A stretch of DNA of 64,000 nt, taken from the NCBI GenBank assembly GCA_035294725.1, contig DATGKK010000125.1, positions 502-64,501 on the forward strand, read 5' to 3'. This stretch comes from Acidimicrobiales bacterium. GTDB lineage: Bacteria > Actinomycetota > Acidimicrobiia > Acidimicrobiales > Bog-793. The translations under genes were made by a program, and so were the position numbers. The notes under the pieces were generated by a model. It made no database searches. It was not told the DNA's origin and saw nothing but the letters and a program-made list of their open reading frames with translations. Below are positions 16,136-24,932 of the stretch, one piece after another; within the stretch, counting starts at the first letter, position 1, and each line of letters begins with the position of its first letter.

Positions 16136-17443
16136 CTATGGACGGAGGACGCTGCCGACGTAGGTGAGCGTGCTCATCACGATCAGTGCTCCGCCCATCG
16201 CCCAGACAAAGCGCGTCCATGCCCGGCCGCGCACCCACTTGGCGAAGATGAGGACGACCGGGAAGGCGGTGATCAGCATCCGCGGGTTCGGAGGGACGTG
16301 TGCCGAGGTGCACATGAGCACCGTCATCGTTCCCACGAAGGCCCACACCTCGATCGGGATCGTGAACCGGTCGCGCCATAGCCAGCGCAGCCCGACGAGC
16401 AGGAAGGCGGCCCCGAGGATGCCGGAGATGTTGTTCAAGTTGAGGTTCGAGATGTTGCCCGGGGCGAACAGCTCTCGGACGGTGTCGACGATCGTGGCGG
16501 GGATGGCAAAAGGAGTAGTGGTCTCGTTCCAGCCGTCCTTCTGGGCGATGAAGCTCGCGAGGAACGACCCCGTCCACAGCTTCAGGAAGAGTGCGAACGC
16601 GACCGCCCCGGCGGGGGCGAGGAGGGGCGCCACGAGGCTGCGGCGAGCCTCGGCGTCGCGCCAGCCGTACCGTCGCAGCTGGACGAGGGATGCGACCGCG
16701 CACATTGCGATCAGCGTGAACGAGTCCGGGCCGATGGCCGTGGCGAACCCGGCCAGGACGCCGGCGAGCAGCCACCGGCGCTTCGAGAGCGCCAGCATGC
16801 AGCCGGCAGCCAGCGGGATGAGCAGGCCCTCGGAGTAGTCCATCGAGAACACGACGGAGCCAGGGAACAAACAGAACAGCAGCACCGCCTTGCGGGCCAC
16901 GTCGGGACCCCACCACTCGGTCGCGAGGCGCTGGACGATGACGGTGGCGACGAAGCCGCCGATCAGGGAGACGACGAGGCCGCTCACGAAGTAGGGGAGC
17001 ATGGTGACGTGGCTGACGAGCCACATGACCATCGAGTAGAGGGGGAAGAAGCCGAGCGTGGTCTGAGCGTGCGACACGGCGGCCGGGTAGCCGAGCGTGG
17101 CCACCCTGATGTACCAGTAGCCGTCCCAGTTGCCGATCTCGTGCGCGATCGAGGTCTTCGGCACGATCGGGCCGAAGACGACGTCGCAGACGATGGCGAG
17201 CAGCAAGAGGGCGAGCCGCGTCCCGCCGTAGGTGAGGAGGGGCCAGCGCAGCTCCTCTCGGAACTGCTCGCGGCGGCTTGGGTGGGCGACGGTCTCGAGC
17301 TCGAGCTCGGTGACGGTGGCACGCGGGGCAGTGACAGTCTTGCTGGACACGCCGGCTCCGCCCAGGAGCTCGGGGTCGGCCGGGTCGAGCAGGGTCACGT
17401 CGCCGTGAGGGCGCGCTGCTACCAGGGGCCGACCCACTTCCAT
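16136..17443 (-). CDS. polytopic membrane mannosyltransferase-like protein, GT-C (PIG-V / GT76-like)
   Basis: Motif NWDGYWYIRVATLGYP...TLGFFPLYS followed by about 9 TM helices. The probable start is ATG 17443 (MEVGRPL). The ORF-track maximum is 17560. Confidence 0.7.
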   Translation of the reverse strand: MEVGRPLVAARPHGDVTLLDPADPELLGGAGVSSKTVTAPRATVTELELETVAHPSRREQFREELRWPLLTYGGTRLALLLLAIVCDVVFGPIVPKTSIAHEIGNWDGYWYIRVATLGYPAAVSHAQTTLGFFPLYSMVMWLVSHVTMLPYFVSGLVVSLIGGFVATVIVQRLATEWWGPDVARKAVLLFCLFPGSVVFSMDYSEGLLIPLAAGCMLALSKRRWLLAGVLAGFATAIGPDSFTLIAMCAVASLVQLRRYGWRDAEARRSLVAPLLAPAGAVAFALFLKLWTGSFLASFIAQKDGWNETTTPFAIPATIVDTVRELFAPGNISNLNLNNISGILGAAFLLVGLRWLWRDRFTIPIEVWAFVGTMTVLMCTSAHVPPNPRMLITAFPVVLIFAKWVRGRAWTRFVWAMGGALIVMSTLTYVGSVLRP

Positions 17444-17549
17444 GGCGCTCGATTTTAGGCTGTCAGCGCGAGCCACGGGCGCGCGCTGTGTTCCGGATGA
17501 GGGTGCCGCCTGCGAGCATGGGCGCCGCGCGGCGGTACCGTGCACGGGC

Positions 17550-17771
17550 ATGACGGGCACGGAGTGGTTGCGCGAGCTTGCCGAGCGGCTCGGGACCGAC
17601 CCGCCGACCGAGGAGGAGGTCGAGGACCTCCTAGCGCTCGCCGGCTTGGCCGCTCACGCGTCGGAGCGGACGGCTGCACCGGTCTCGTGCTGGATCGCGG
17701 CGCGCGCCGGGGTGAGCGCAGCGGCGGCTCGGCAGGTGGCCGCTGAGATCGCCGGCACAGATGCCAGCTGA
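17550..17771 (+). CDS. DUF6457-like small protein (MobA-associated)
   Basis: MTGTEWLRELAERLGTDPPTEEEVEDLLALAGLAAHASERTAAPVSCWIAARAG. It overlaps the mobA start by 11 nt. The start is ATG 17550 within ORF 17442..17771. Confidence 0.6.
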   Translation: MTGTEWLRELAERLGTDPPTEEEVEDLLALAGLAAHASERTAAPVSCWIAARAGVSAAAARQVAAEIAGTDAS

Positions 17772-18381
17772 GCTGAGCGGCCTGCTGCTCACCGGCGGCG
17801 CCAGCCGGCGGCTCGGCCGGGACAAGGCCCTGCTGCCCGTCGGGGAGGGCGGGGAACCCCTCGCCCGCACCCTCGGTCGCTCGCTCGCGGCGGTCACCGG
17901 CGTCGCCCTCGAGGTGGGACCCGGGCACTCCGGACTCCCGGTGCCTGACGAGCCGGATCCGGGCGAGGGCCCTCTCGCCGCCATCGCCGCGGGCTGGTCG
18001 TACCTGCTCGCGCACGGCAGGCCCGGACCGGCGCTCGTGCTCGCGACCGACCTGCCCCGGCTCTCGCCGAGGTGCCTTCGCGAGATCGCCTCGTGGCCGG
18101 CCCCGAAGGGCTCGAGCGTCGTGCCCGTCCTCCACGGTCGCCTGCAGCCGCTGTGCGCGAGATGGTCTGCCGGCGCGCTCGAGCGCGCCGCTGCTCTCGT
18201 GGCACAGGGCGAGCGGCGGGTCCAGGCAGCTCTCGATCACGGCCCGCTGCTTCGCCTCACCGAGGGCGACCTCGCGCGCTGCACCCCGCCGATCGATGCT
18301 GCGACCGAGCTCGCCGACGTCGACCTGCCCGGCGACCTGTGCCGCCTCGGGCTCGATCTCGAAGGCGGGAGGGCTCCCTGA
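17761..18381 (+). CDS. mobA: molybdenum cofactor guanylyltransferase
   Basis: 206-aa ORF with LLLTGGASRRLGRDKALLP, GPLAAIAAG and LATDLP motifs. Confidence 0.8.
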   Translation: MPAELSGLLLTGGASRRLGRDKALLPVGEGGEPLARTLGRSLAAVTGVALEVGPGHSGLPVPDEPDPGEGPLAAIAAGWSYLLAHGRPGPALVLATDLPRLSPRCLREIASWPAPKGSSVVPVLHGRLQPLCARWSAGALERAAALVAQGERRVQAALDHGPLLRLTEGDLARCTPPIDAATELADVDLPGDLCRLGLDLEGGRAP

Positions 18382-18406
18382 ACGAGAACGGGAGCACCGC
18401 CCAGGG

Positions 18407-21220
18407 TCACAGGCCGTAGAAGCGCTGCTCAACGACCCGGCGGGCGCGCCGGGTCACCCGCCGGTACCGCTCTCGTAGCTCCGACGGAAGCTCACCGAGG
18501 GAGCGGGCGAGCAGGGCGAGCCGTTCGGATGACTGAGGGAGGGAGTCGGCGCCCGAGCGGGTGATGGCGGCTCCTGCCCCGGCCACGTAGTTGCCGACGA
18601 GGTGCCAGCGGTTCCGGGTGCGCTCGAGGAAGGCGAGGGCCTCGCCCAGCGCCGCGCTCTCGCCCGGCGCCAGCGCGCCTGCCTGCTCCAGAGCCGCGAG
18701 GGCCTCGCCCGTGCTCGTGGCTCGCACGCCGTGCTCGATCTGGAGCAGCTGCACGGTCCACTCGATATCCGCGAGGGAGCCCCGCCCGAGCTTGAAGTGG
18801 AACTGCGGGTCCTCTCCGCTCGGGATCCGCTCCCGCTCGGTGCGAGCCTTGAGGCGCCGGATCTCACGCAGGTCGTCCGTGCCGAATGGCCGCTCCCACA
18901 CGGTGGCCTCGGCGAGCCTCATGAACCGGTCGAGCACTCCGGCGTCCCCTGCGAGCGGGCGGGCCCGGACGAGGGCCTGGCGCTCCCAGGGGGAGATCCA
19001 GCGGGCGTGGTACTGGGCGAACGCGTCGAGCGAGCGGGCGAGAGGTCCGCGGCGACCCTCCGGGCGCAAGGAGGCGTCGGTGGCCCAGACGCCCTCGGAC
19101 GGCGTCGGGCCGTTCAGCAGCCGTAGCAGCGCGGCTGCTGCGCGCTCGCCCTCTGCGGTGTCGGCGGCGCCGTGGCCGTCGTAGACGGCGAGCACGTCGA
19201 GGTCGCTCCCGTAGGCGAGCTCCGAGCCACCGAGGCGGCCCATGGCGACGAGCCCGAAGGGGAGCCCCGGTGCCGCCACATGGAGCGCGGCGGCGAGGGT
19301 TGCCTCACCGAGCTCGGCGAGCTGGCGGGAGACCGGCGGCTCGACCCGGCGCTCCTTGTTGGAGAGGAGGTCGGCTGCCGCGATGCGCAGCACGTGCTCG
19401 CCGACGACCCTGCGCAGGGCGCGGCCTGCCCGGGAGGGGTCGCAGTCGGCGGCCATGACGGCTTGCTCGACGAGTGCCTGGCGCGCCGGTGGCGCGAGCG
19501 AGGCGTCGTCGCCGATGGCGAGCGCGGCAGCGGGGTGGCGCTTGGCGAGCTCTCCAAGGCTTCTGCTCGTCCCGAGCACGACACAAAGCCGGCGCGCGAG
19601 CTCAGGCGAGTCGCGGAAGGCGGCGACGAGCACGTCGCGCTGGTGCGGCATCCCCGCCAGATTGCGCAGGCCAAGCAGACCGAGGTCCGGGTCGGGAGTC
19701 TCAGAGAGCCAGTCGAGGAGCACCGGTAGGAGCTGGTGCATGAGGCGGGAGGAGCGGGTGAGGCCACGCGTCAGCTCCGTGAGTGCCTCGCGCGTCCGGT
19801 CCGTCCGGCGGAAGCCGAAGGCGGCGAGGCGCTCGGCGGCGGCAGCCTCCGAGAGCCGCAAGGCGCCGCCCGCGGCGCCGGTCTCGCCGCCGGGAAGGCC
19901 GGCGGCGAAGACCTCGAGCAGCGGGCGGAAGAACAGCCGCTCGTGGATCGAGCGAGCCGCGGACTGGTGACGGGCGAGGACCACGTCGAAGCGGTCGGTC
20001 CGGCTCCTGCCGGCGCTCGTCGTGCGGCGTCTCGTCGCGAGCGGAGGGTCCTCCTCGGGCACGGGGCCGAGCGGCGCCCCGGCGAAGCCGAGGACCCGCA
20101 CCAGGTGGTCGCGGGCCGGGCCGGGGGGCGGCACGGTGTGGACCTGGGCCTCCTCGACGAGCTGGAGCCGGTGCTCGACGGTTCGAAGGAAGCGGTAGGC
20201 GAGCGCGAGCGCCGTGGCGTCGCCGGCGTCGACGTACCCGGCCCCGGCGAGCTCGGAGAGAGCCCCGAGTGTCTGGCGCACCCGCAGGGCGGTGTCGGAC
20301 GGACCGTGCACGAGCTGGAGGAGCTGAACCGCGAACTCGACGTCGCGGATCCCACCTGGGCCGCGCTTCAGCTCCCGTCCTGCGAGGCCGCGACGGACGA
20401 CGATCTCCTCGGTCCGCGCCTTCATCGTCCGCAGCTCCGCGAGCGCCTCGGCGTCGATCCGGCGTGACCAGAGGGCCTCGGCAGCCGAGAGGGCGAAGCG
20501 CCGGCCGAGCTCCTCGTCGCCGGCCGACGGCCGTGCCTTCACGAGCGCCTGGAACTCCCAGGGACGGGCCCATCTCGCCCAGTAGGCCTCGTAGGCGTCG
20601 AGTGTCCGGACGAGGGCGCCGTTGCGCCCCTCCGGGCGCAGGTCGGTGTCGATCCGGTAGGACTGGGAGGCGAGGGCGAGCACCCGGCGAGCCGCCGTCG
20701 TGGCGACGGCCAGCTCGACCCCGTTCGGAGCGACGACGACGACGTCCACGTCGCTCGCGTAATTGAGCTCCTCGGCCCCGTGCTTGCCCATACCGATCAC
20801 CGCCAGCGGCACTTCGGGCTCAGCGAGACGGTAGGCCCCGGCGAGCACGGCGTCGGCGAGGCGCGAGAGGGCCTCGCCGACCTGCTCGAGGGTGGCGTCC
20901 CCCGTGAGGTCGGCTGCGGCGATCCGCAGGAAGCAGAGGCGCTTGCGGCGGGCGAGCTCCGGGGCGTCGGCCGCCCCCGCCACGGCGGCGAGGTCGATCG
21001 GCCCCTCGAGAGCCGCGAGGGCGTCGGCATCGGCCACGACGAGGCGGGAGAGCGACCTGCTCGCGGCGACCACGGCGGCGAAGGTGCGGGCCAGCGGCTC
21101 GTCGAGGCGGTCGAGGCTCGCCGGCCGAGCCTCGGCGATCCGTTCGGCCGCGAGGCGGACGGCCGCGGGGTCCGCCGAGGACCGGGCCGCGTCCTCGATC
21201 GGCGGAGGGAGAGTGGCCAT
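18407..21220 (-). CDS. glnE: bifunctional glutamine synthetase adenylyltransferase / adenylyl-removing enzyme
   Basis: 937 aa from ATG 21220 (MATLPPPIEDAARS...). It has two nucleotidyltransferase halves (GKHGAEELNYASDVDV and GRLGGSELAYGSDLDV). The ORF-track N-terminal extension to 21940 is antisense to nadE and was discarded. Confidence 0.9.
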   Translation of the reverse strand: MATLPPPIEDAARSSADPAAVRLAAERIAEARPASLDRLDEPLARTFAAVVAASRSLSRLVVADADALAALEGPIDLAAVAGAADAPELARRKRLCFLRIAAADLTGDATLEQVGEALSRLADAVLAGAYRLAEPEVPLAVIGMGKHGAEELNYASDVDVVVVAPNGVELAVATTAARRVLALASQSYRIDTDLRPEGRNGALVRTLDAYEAYWARWARPWEFQALVKARPSAGDEELGRRFALSAAEALWSRRIDAEALAELRTMKARTEEIVVRRGLAGRELKRGPGGIRDVEFAVQLLQLVHGPSDTALRVRQTLGALSELAGAGYVDAGDATALALAYRFLRTVEHRLQLVEEAQVHTVPPPGPARDHLVRVLGFAGAPLGPVPEEDPPLATRRRTTSAGRSRTDRFDVVLARHQSAARSIHERLFFRPLLEVFAAGLPGGETGAAGGALRLSEAAAAERLAAFGFRRTDRTREALTELTRGLTRSSRLMHQLLPVLLDWLSETPDPDLGLLGLRNLAGMPHQRDVLVAAFRDSPELARRLCVVLGTSRSLGELAKRHPAAALAIGDDASLAPPARQALVEQAVMAADCDPSRAGRALRRVVGEHVLRIAAADLLSNKERRVEPPVSRQLAELGEATLAAALHVAAPGLPFGLVAMGRLGGSELAYGSDLDVLAVYDGHGAADTAEGERAAAALLRLLNGPTPSEGVWATDASLRPEGRRGPLARSLDAFAQYHARWISPWERQALVRARPLAGDAGVLDRFMRLAEATVWERPFGTDDLREIRRLKARTERERIPSGEDPQFHFKLGRGSLADIEWTVQLLQIEHGVRATSTGEALAALEQAGALAPGESAALGEALAFLERTRNRWHLVGNYVAGAGAAITRSGADSLPQSSERLALLARSLGELPSELRERYRRVTRRARRVVEQRFYGL

Positions 21221-21274
21221 GACCTGGGTCAAGGGTAACGAGGGGGCGGCGGGTGCGCCGGTACGCTCACCTGC

Positions 21275-23080
21275 GTGGCTCACTGCCGTGTCGCGCTGTG
21301 CCAGCTCGATCTCGTGGTCGGCGACCTCGAGGCGAACGTCGCGAAGATCCTCGCGGCGATGGCCAGCGCCGAGGAGGGCGGCGCCGACCTCGCGGTCTTC
21401 CCGGAGCTCGCGGTCACGGGCTACCCGCCCGAGGACCTCCTCTTCAAGCCCTCGTTCGTCGCGGAGAACCTCCGCGCGCTCGACCGGCTCGCAGGAGAGA
21501 GCCGGCGGGTCGCAAGCGTCGTCGGGTACGTGGCCGAGGACGGCTACCTCCACAACGCGGCGGCCGTCCTTGCCGGGGGGAAGATCCAGGCCGTTTTCAG
21601 AAAGCAGCTTCTGCCGAACTACGGGGTATTCGATGAACGTCGCTACTTCGCACCGGGGCGCGACCCTGCCGAGGTCGTCCTCGTCGGCGGGGTGCGGGTC
21701 GGTGTCACGATCTGCGAGGACGCCTGGAGCCCGGCTGGGCCGGTTGCGCTCCTCGGGGCGGGAGGCGCTGAGCTCGTCGTCGTCGTGAACGCGTCGCCGT
21801 ACCGGCGCGGCGTGCTCTGGGAGCGCCGCCGCATGCTCGCGACGCGGGCCGCCGACGCCTCGGTGGCCCTCGTGTACGTGAACCTCGTCGGCGGCCAGGA
21901 CGAGCTCGTGTTCGACGGGGGCTCGATGGTCGTGGACCACTCGGGCGAGATCGTCGCCTCGCTGCCGCAGTTCGAGGAGCGGGTCGAGCTCGTCGACCTC
22001 GAGATCCAGCCGGCCTACCGCAAGCGGCTCCTCGACCCCCGGGGTTCCGAAGGCGCCCCGGTCCTGCCGGCCGTTCCCGTCACCGAGGCGCCCCGTGGCG
22101 CCGGCTTGGCACGGGTGGCACCCCCGCTCGCGGCGCCGCTCGAGGAGTGCGAGGAGGTGTACCGCGCGCTCGTGCTCGGGACGCGGGACTACGTCGACAA
22201 GGGCGGCTTCTCAGGCGTGCTCGTCGCGCTCTCCGGGGGCATCGACTCCTCCCTCGTCGCCGCGGTCGCCGTCGACGCGCTCGGCCCTGGCCGCGTCCAC
22301 GGGGTCTCGCTCCCCTCCCGGTACTCCTCGGACCACTCCCGTGCCGACGCCCTCGCGCTCGGGAGCAACCTCGGCATCGAGGTACGGACGATCGAGATCG
22401 AGGCTGCGCACGAGGCGCTCTCCTCGATGCTGTCGCCCGTTGTTCGAAGCGGAGCAGAGCTCGGGGGCCTCACCGACGAGAACCTCCAGGCGCGCATCCG
22501 CGGCGTCATCGTCATGGCGATCTCGAACGAGCTCGGCTGGCTCGTCCTCACCACCGGCAACAAAAGCGAGATGGCGGTCGGCTACGCCACCTTGTACGGG
22601 GACATGGCGGGCGGCTACGCCGTGATCAAGGACGTGCCAAAGACGCTCGTCTACGACCTGTGCCGCTGGCGCAACGGGCGTGCCGGGACCGACCTCATCC
22701 CCGAAGGCGTGCTCGCGAAGCCGCCGTCGGCCGAGCTGCGGCCCGGACAGCGCGACGACGAGAGCCTGCCGCCGTACGAGGTCCTCGACCCGATCCTGCA
22801 GGGCTACGTCGAAGAGGACCGCACGATCGACGAGCTCGTGGCCGCCGGATTCGACCCGGCGGTGGTCGCGAAGGTGGTCGAGCTCGTCGACCGAGCCGAG
22901 TACAAGCGGCGCCAGGCAGCGCCCGGGCCGCGGGTGACCTCCCGAGGGTTCGGGAAGGACCGCCGCATGCCGATCACGAACCACTACCGGGAGATCCGGG
23001 CGGTGCCGAGCACGAGAGCGCCCGAGGCGGAGCGGGGCCCGTCGGGCCCGATCGGAGCCGGCGAGGCGGCGCCCTCGTGA
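21275..23080 (+). CDS. nadE: glutamine-dependent NAD+ synthetase
   Basis: 601-aa ORF. The N-terminal CN-hydrolase domain has FPELAVTGYPPEDL and the C-terminal NAD synthase domain has the SGGIDSS P-loop. Confidence 0.9.
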   Translation: MAHCRVALCQLDLVVGDLEANVAKILAAMASAEEGGADLAVFPELAVTGYPPEDLLFKPSFVAENLRALDRLAGESRRVASVVGYVAEDGYLHNAAAVLAGGKIQAVFRKQLLPNYGVFDERRYFAPGRDPAEVVLVGGVRVGVTICEDAWSPAGPVALLGAGGAELVVVVNASPYRRGVLWERRRMLATRAADASVALVYVNLVGGQDELVFDGGSMVVDHSGEIVASLPQFEERVELVDLEIQPAYRKRLLDPRGSEGAPVLPAVPVTEAPRGAGLARVAPPLAAPLEECEEVYRALVLGTRDYVDKGGFSGVLVALSGGIDSSLVAAVAVDALGPGRVHGVSLPSRYSSDHSRADALALGSNLGIEVRTIEIEAAHEALSSMLSPVVRSGAELGGLTDENLQARIRGVIVMAISNELGWLVLTTGNKSEMAVGYATLYGDMAGGYAVIKDVPKTLVYDLCRWRNGRAGTDLIPEGVLAKPPSAELRPGQRDDESLPPYEVLDPILQGYVEEDRTIDELVAAGFDPAVVAKVVELVDRAEYKRRQAAPGPRVTSRGFGKDRRMPITNHYREIRAVPSTRAPEAERGPSGPIGAGEAAPS

Positions 23081-23637
23081 TCCCGACCGCCTGGGAGGGC
23101 CTTGCACCCGCCCCCACCGGTCGGGAAGGGCAGCTCTCTCTCCTCGAGTCGGCCCGCGCCCTCGGGTCGCTTCGCTGGCTCGAGCTCGAGGGACATGCCC
23201 GTCTTGGCGCCCTCGCGGCAGGCGGATCGTTGCCCCCGCGCACGGCGGTGTGGGCCTCCGGTGCGAGCCTGGCGCACGCGTGGCGGGCGGAGCAGCTGCG
23301 TGAGCTGCTCCCGGTCTCGGCCGGGCTTCCCGGGGTCGACGAGTCGACCCGAGCCTCCGCGAGCGGCGGCGCCCTGGCTCGGGACCTCGAGGTCGCGCTC
23401 CGCTCCGCCGACTCGGGTGCGCTCTCTCGGTGGTACCGCGCGCTCTCCGCGGTGTACGCGGCACTCAGCGAGGGCGTTGGCGTGGCGGGAGGTGCTCCCG
23501 CCCGCCGGATGCTCAACCGGCTGGCTGCGGATGCCGATAGAGAAGCGGGTGAGATCGCCGTCGACCGAGCACCGTGCGGCGAGGCCGCGGGCACCACGCC
23601 GGGGAGTGGGACGCCCACCCTCGGCGGGAAGGCTTGA
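23077..23637 (+). CDS. hypothetical protein, translationally coupled to nadE
   Basis: 186-aa frame starting at GTG 23077 (GTGA overlap with the nadE stop). Third-position GC stays high. The protein is helical and Ala/Leu-rich with no motif I recognise. Confidence 0.4.
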   Translation: MIPTAWEGLAPAPTGREGQLSLLESARALGSLRWLELEGHARLGALAAGGSLPPRTAVWASGASLAHAWRAEQLRELLPVSAGLPGVDESTRASASGGALARDLEVALRSADSGALSRWYRALSAVYAALSEGVGVAGGAPARRMLNRLAADADREAGEIAVDRAPCGEAAGTTPGSGTPTLGGKA

Positions 23638-23813
23638 CTCCGTCGGTACACTGAGGCAGGAGCGTTACGGAACGGCGTTCTGAAGGCTGCTTCCCCATAG
23701 GTCGACGAGCAGTCGGATTCACGGGTGAGCGAGCCTGAGGGGCCGGGTGGCGACCTCGACGGCGCCTCAGCCGCATCGAACACCCCCACACTGCGATTAC
23801 GGAGGATTCGGAT

Positions 23814-24752
23814 TTGGCGAAGGAGCGAGTCGAGAGGGACGAGGAGGACCTGGTACGGCTCTACCTCACCGACATCGGCCAGTACCCGCTGCTCACCAAG
23901 GATGACGAGGTCCGCCTCGCTCAGGCCATCGAGGCCCGCTGGGAGGCCGAGCGGGAGCTGAAGAGCAACAAGAAGGGGATGACGCCCACCCGGCGGCGGG
24001 AGCTCAACCGGGCGATCCGGGAGGGTGAGAGCGCCCAGCGGACCTTCGTCCAGTCGAACCTGCGGCTCGTGGTGTCGATCGCGAAGAAGTACCAGGCATC
24101 AGGACTGCCACTTCTCGACCTGATCCAAGAGGGCAACCTCGGCCTCATGCACGCCGTCGAGAAGTTCGACTGGCGCAAGGGCTTCAAGTTCTCCACCTAC
24201 GCGACCTGGTGGATCCGCCAGGCGATCACCCGTGGCATCGCCAACACGGGTCGCACGATCCGCCTCCCGGTTCACGCCGGCGACACGCTGGCCAGAGTTC
24301 AGAAGGCCCAGGCCCGGCTCGAGCTGAAGCTCGGTCGCCCGGCGACCCTCTCCGAGCTCGGTGCCGAGGTCGAGCTGCCCGAGGACAAGCTGATCGAGGC
24401 GCTCAGGTTCCGAGCAGAGCCGCTGTCGCTCTCCGAGCCGTTGCGCGAGGACGGCGACGCCGAGCTCGGCGACGTGGTCGAGGACCGCTCGGCTGAGTCA
24501 CCGTTCGAGGTGGCGGCGACGGCCCTCCTCCCGGTCGAGATCAACCGCCTCCTCGCTCCGCTCGACGAGCGGGAGCGGGAGATCCTCCGCCTCCGCTTCG
24601 GCCTCGACCGGGGCGAGCCCCGCACCCTCGAGGAGGTGGGGGAGCACTTCAACCTGACCCGGGAGCGGATCCGCCAGATCGAGGCTCGAGCGATGTCGAA
24701 GCTGCGCCACCCCTCGAGCGACACGGGGGCCCGGGACCTGCTCACGGTCTGA
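23814..24752 (+). CDS. RNA polymerase sigma-70 family factor, group 1/2 (SigA/SigB-like, no region 1.1)
   Basis: 312-aa ORF with LYLTDIGQYPLLTKDDE, region 2 NLRLVVSIAKKY...LDLIQEGNLGLMHAVEKFDWRKGFKFSTYATWWIRQAI, and region 4 TLEEVGEHFNLTRERIRQIEARAMSKLR. The TTG start is preceded by GGAGGA. Confidence 0.9.
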   Translation: MAKERVERDEEDLVRLYLTDIGQYPLLTKDDEVRLAQAIEARWEAERELKSNKKGMTPTRRRELNRAIREGESAQRTFVQSNLRLVVSIAKKYQASGLPLLDLIQEGNLGLMHAVEKFDWRKGFKFSTYATWWIRQAITRGIANTGRTIRLPVHAGDTLARVQKAQARLELKLGRPATLSELGAEVELPEDKLIEALRFRAEPLSLSEPLREDGDAELGDVVEDRSAESPFEVAATALLPVEINRLLAPLDEREREILRLRFGLDRGEPRTLEEVGEHFNLTRERIRQIEARAMSKLRHPSSDTGARDLLTV

Positions 24753-24789
24753 GGGACGTGCCCGAGGCGCGACCGCTACGCTGCTGCCC

Positions 24790-24864
24790 ATGCTGAAGAA
24801 GGTCCTCATCCTGGTGGTGCTGGTCGCACTCGGCGCCATCGCCGCGAAGCGCCTTCGCGGGTAG
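24790..24864 (+). CDS. candidate 24-aa single-helix membrane peptide
   Basis: ATG...TAG encodes MLKKVLILVVLVALGAIAAKRLRG, below the ORF-track size cutoff. It has K-flanked hydrophobic helix topology. No clear Shine-Dalgarno sequence is present. Confidence 0.3.
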   Translation: MLKKVLILVVLVALGAIAAKRLRG

Positions 24865-24932
24865 CGCCCCGGCTCGACCGCCCGGGCACCAGCAGCCCAG
24901 CGAGGCCGCCCCGCGCCTCGGCGGGTTGGCCG

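Noticed and set aside
21221-21940. 240-codon N-terminal extension of the glnE ORF (18407..21940)
   Set aside because: The extension is antisense to the nadE 5-prime region and has no GlnE similarity. A normal-length GlnE (937 aa) begins at ATG 21220.
23638-23813. Possible riboswitch or leader element in the 176-bp spacer upstream of the sigma factor gene
   Set aside because: I saw only short, weak local hairpins by eye and no recognisable riboswitch core. The evidence is not sufficient to call anything beyond a promoter and 5-prime UTR region.
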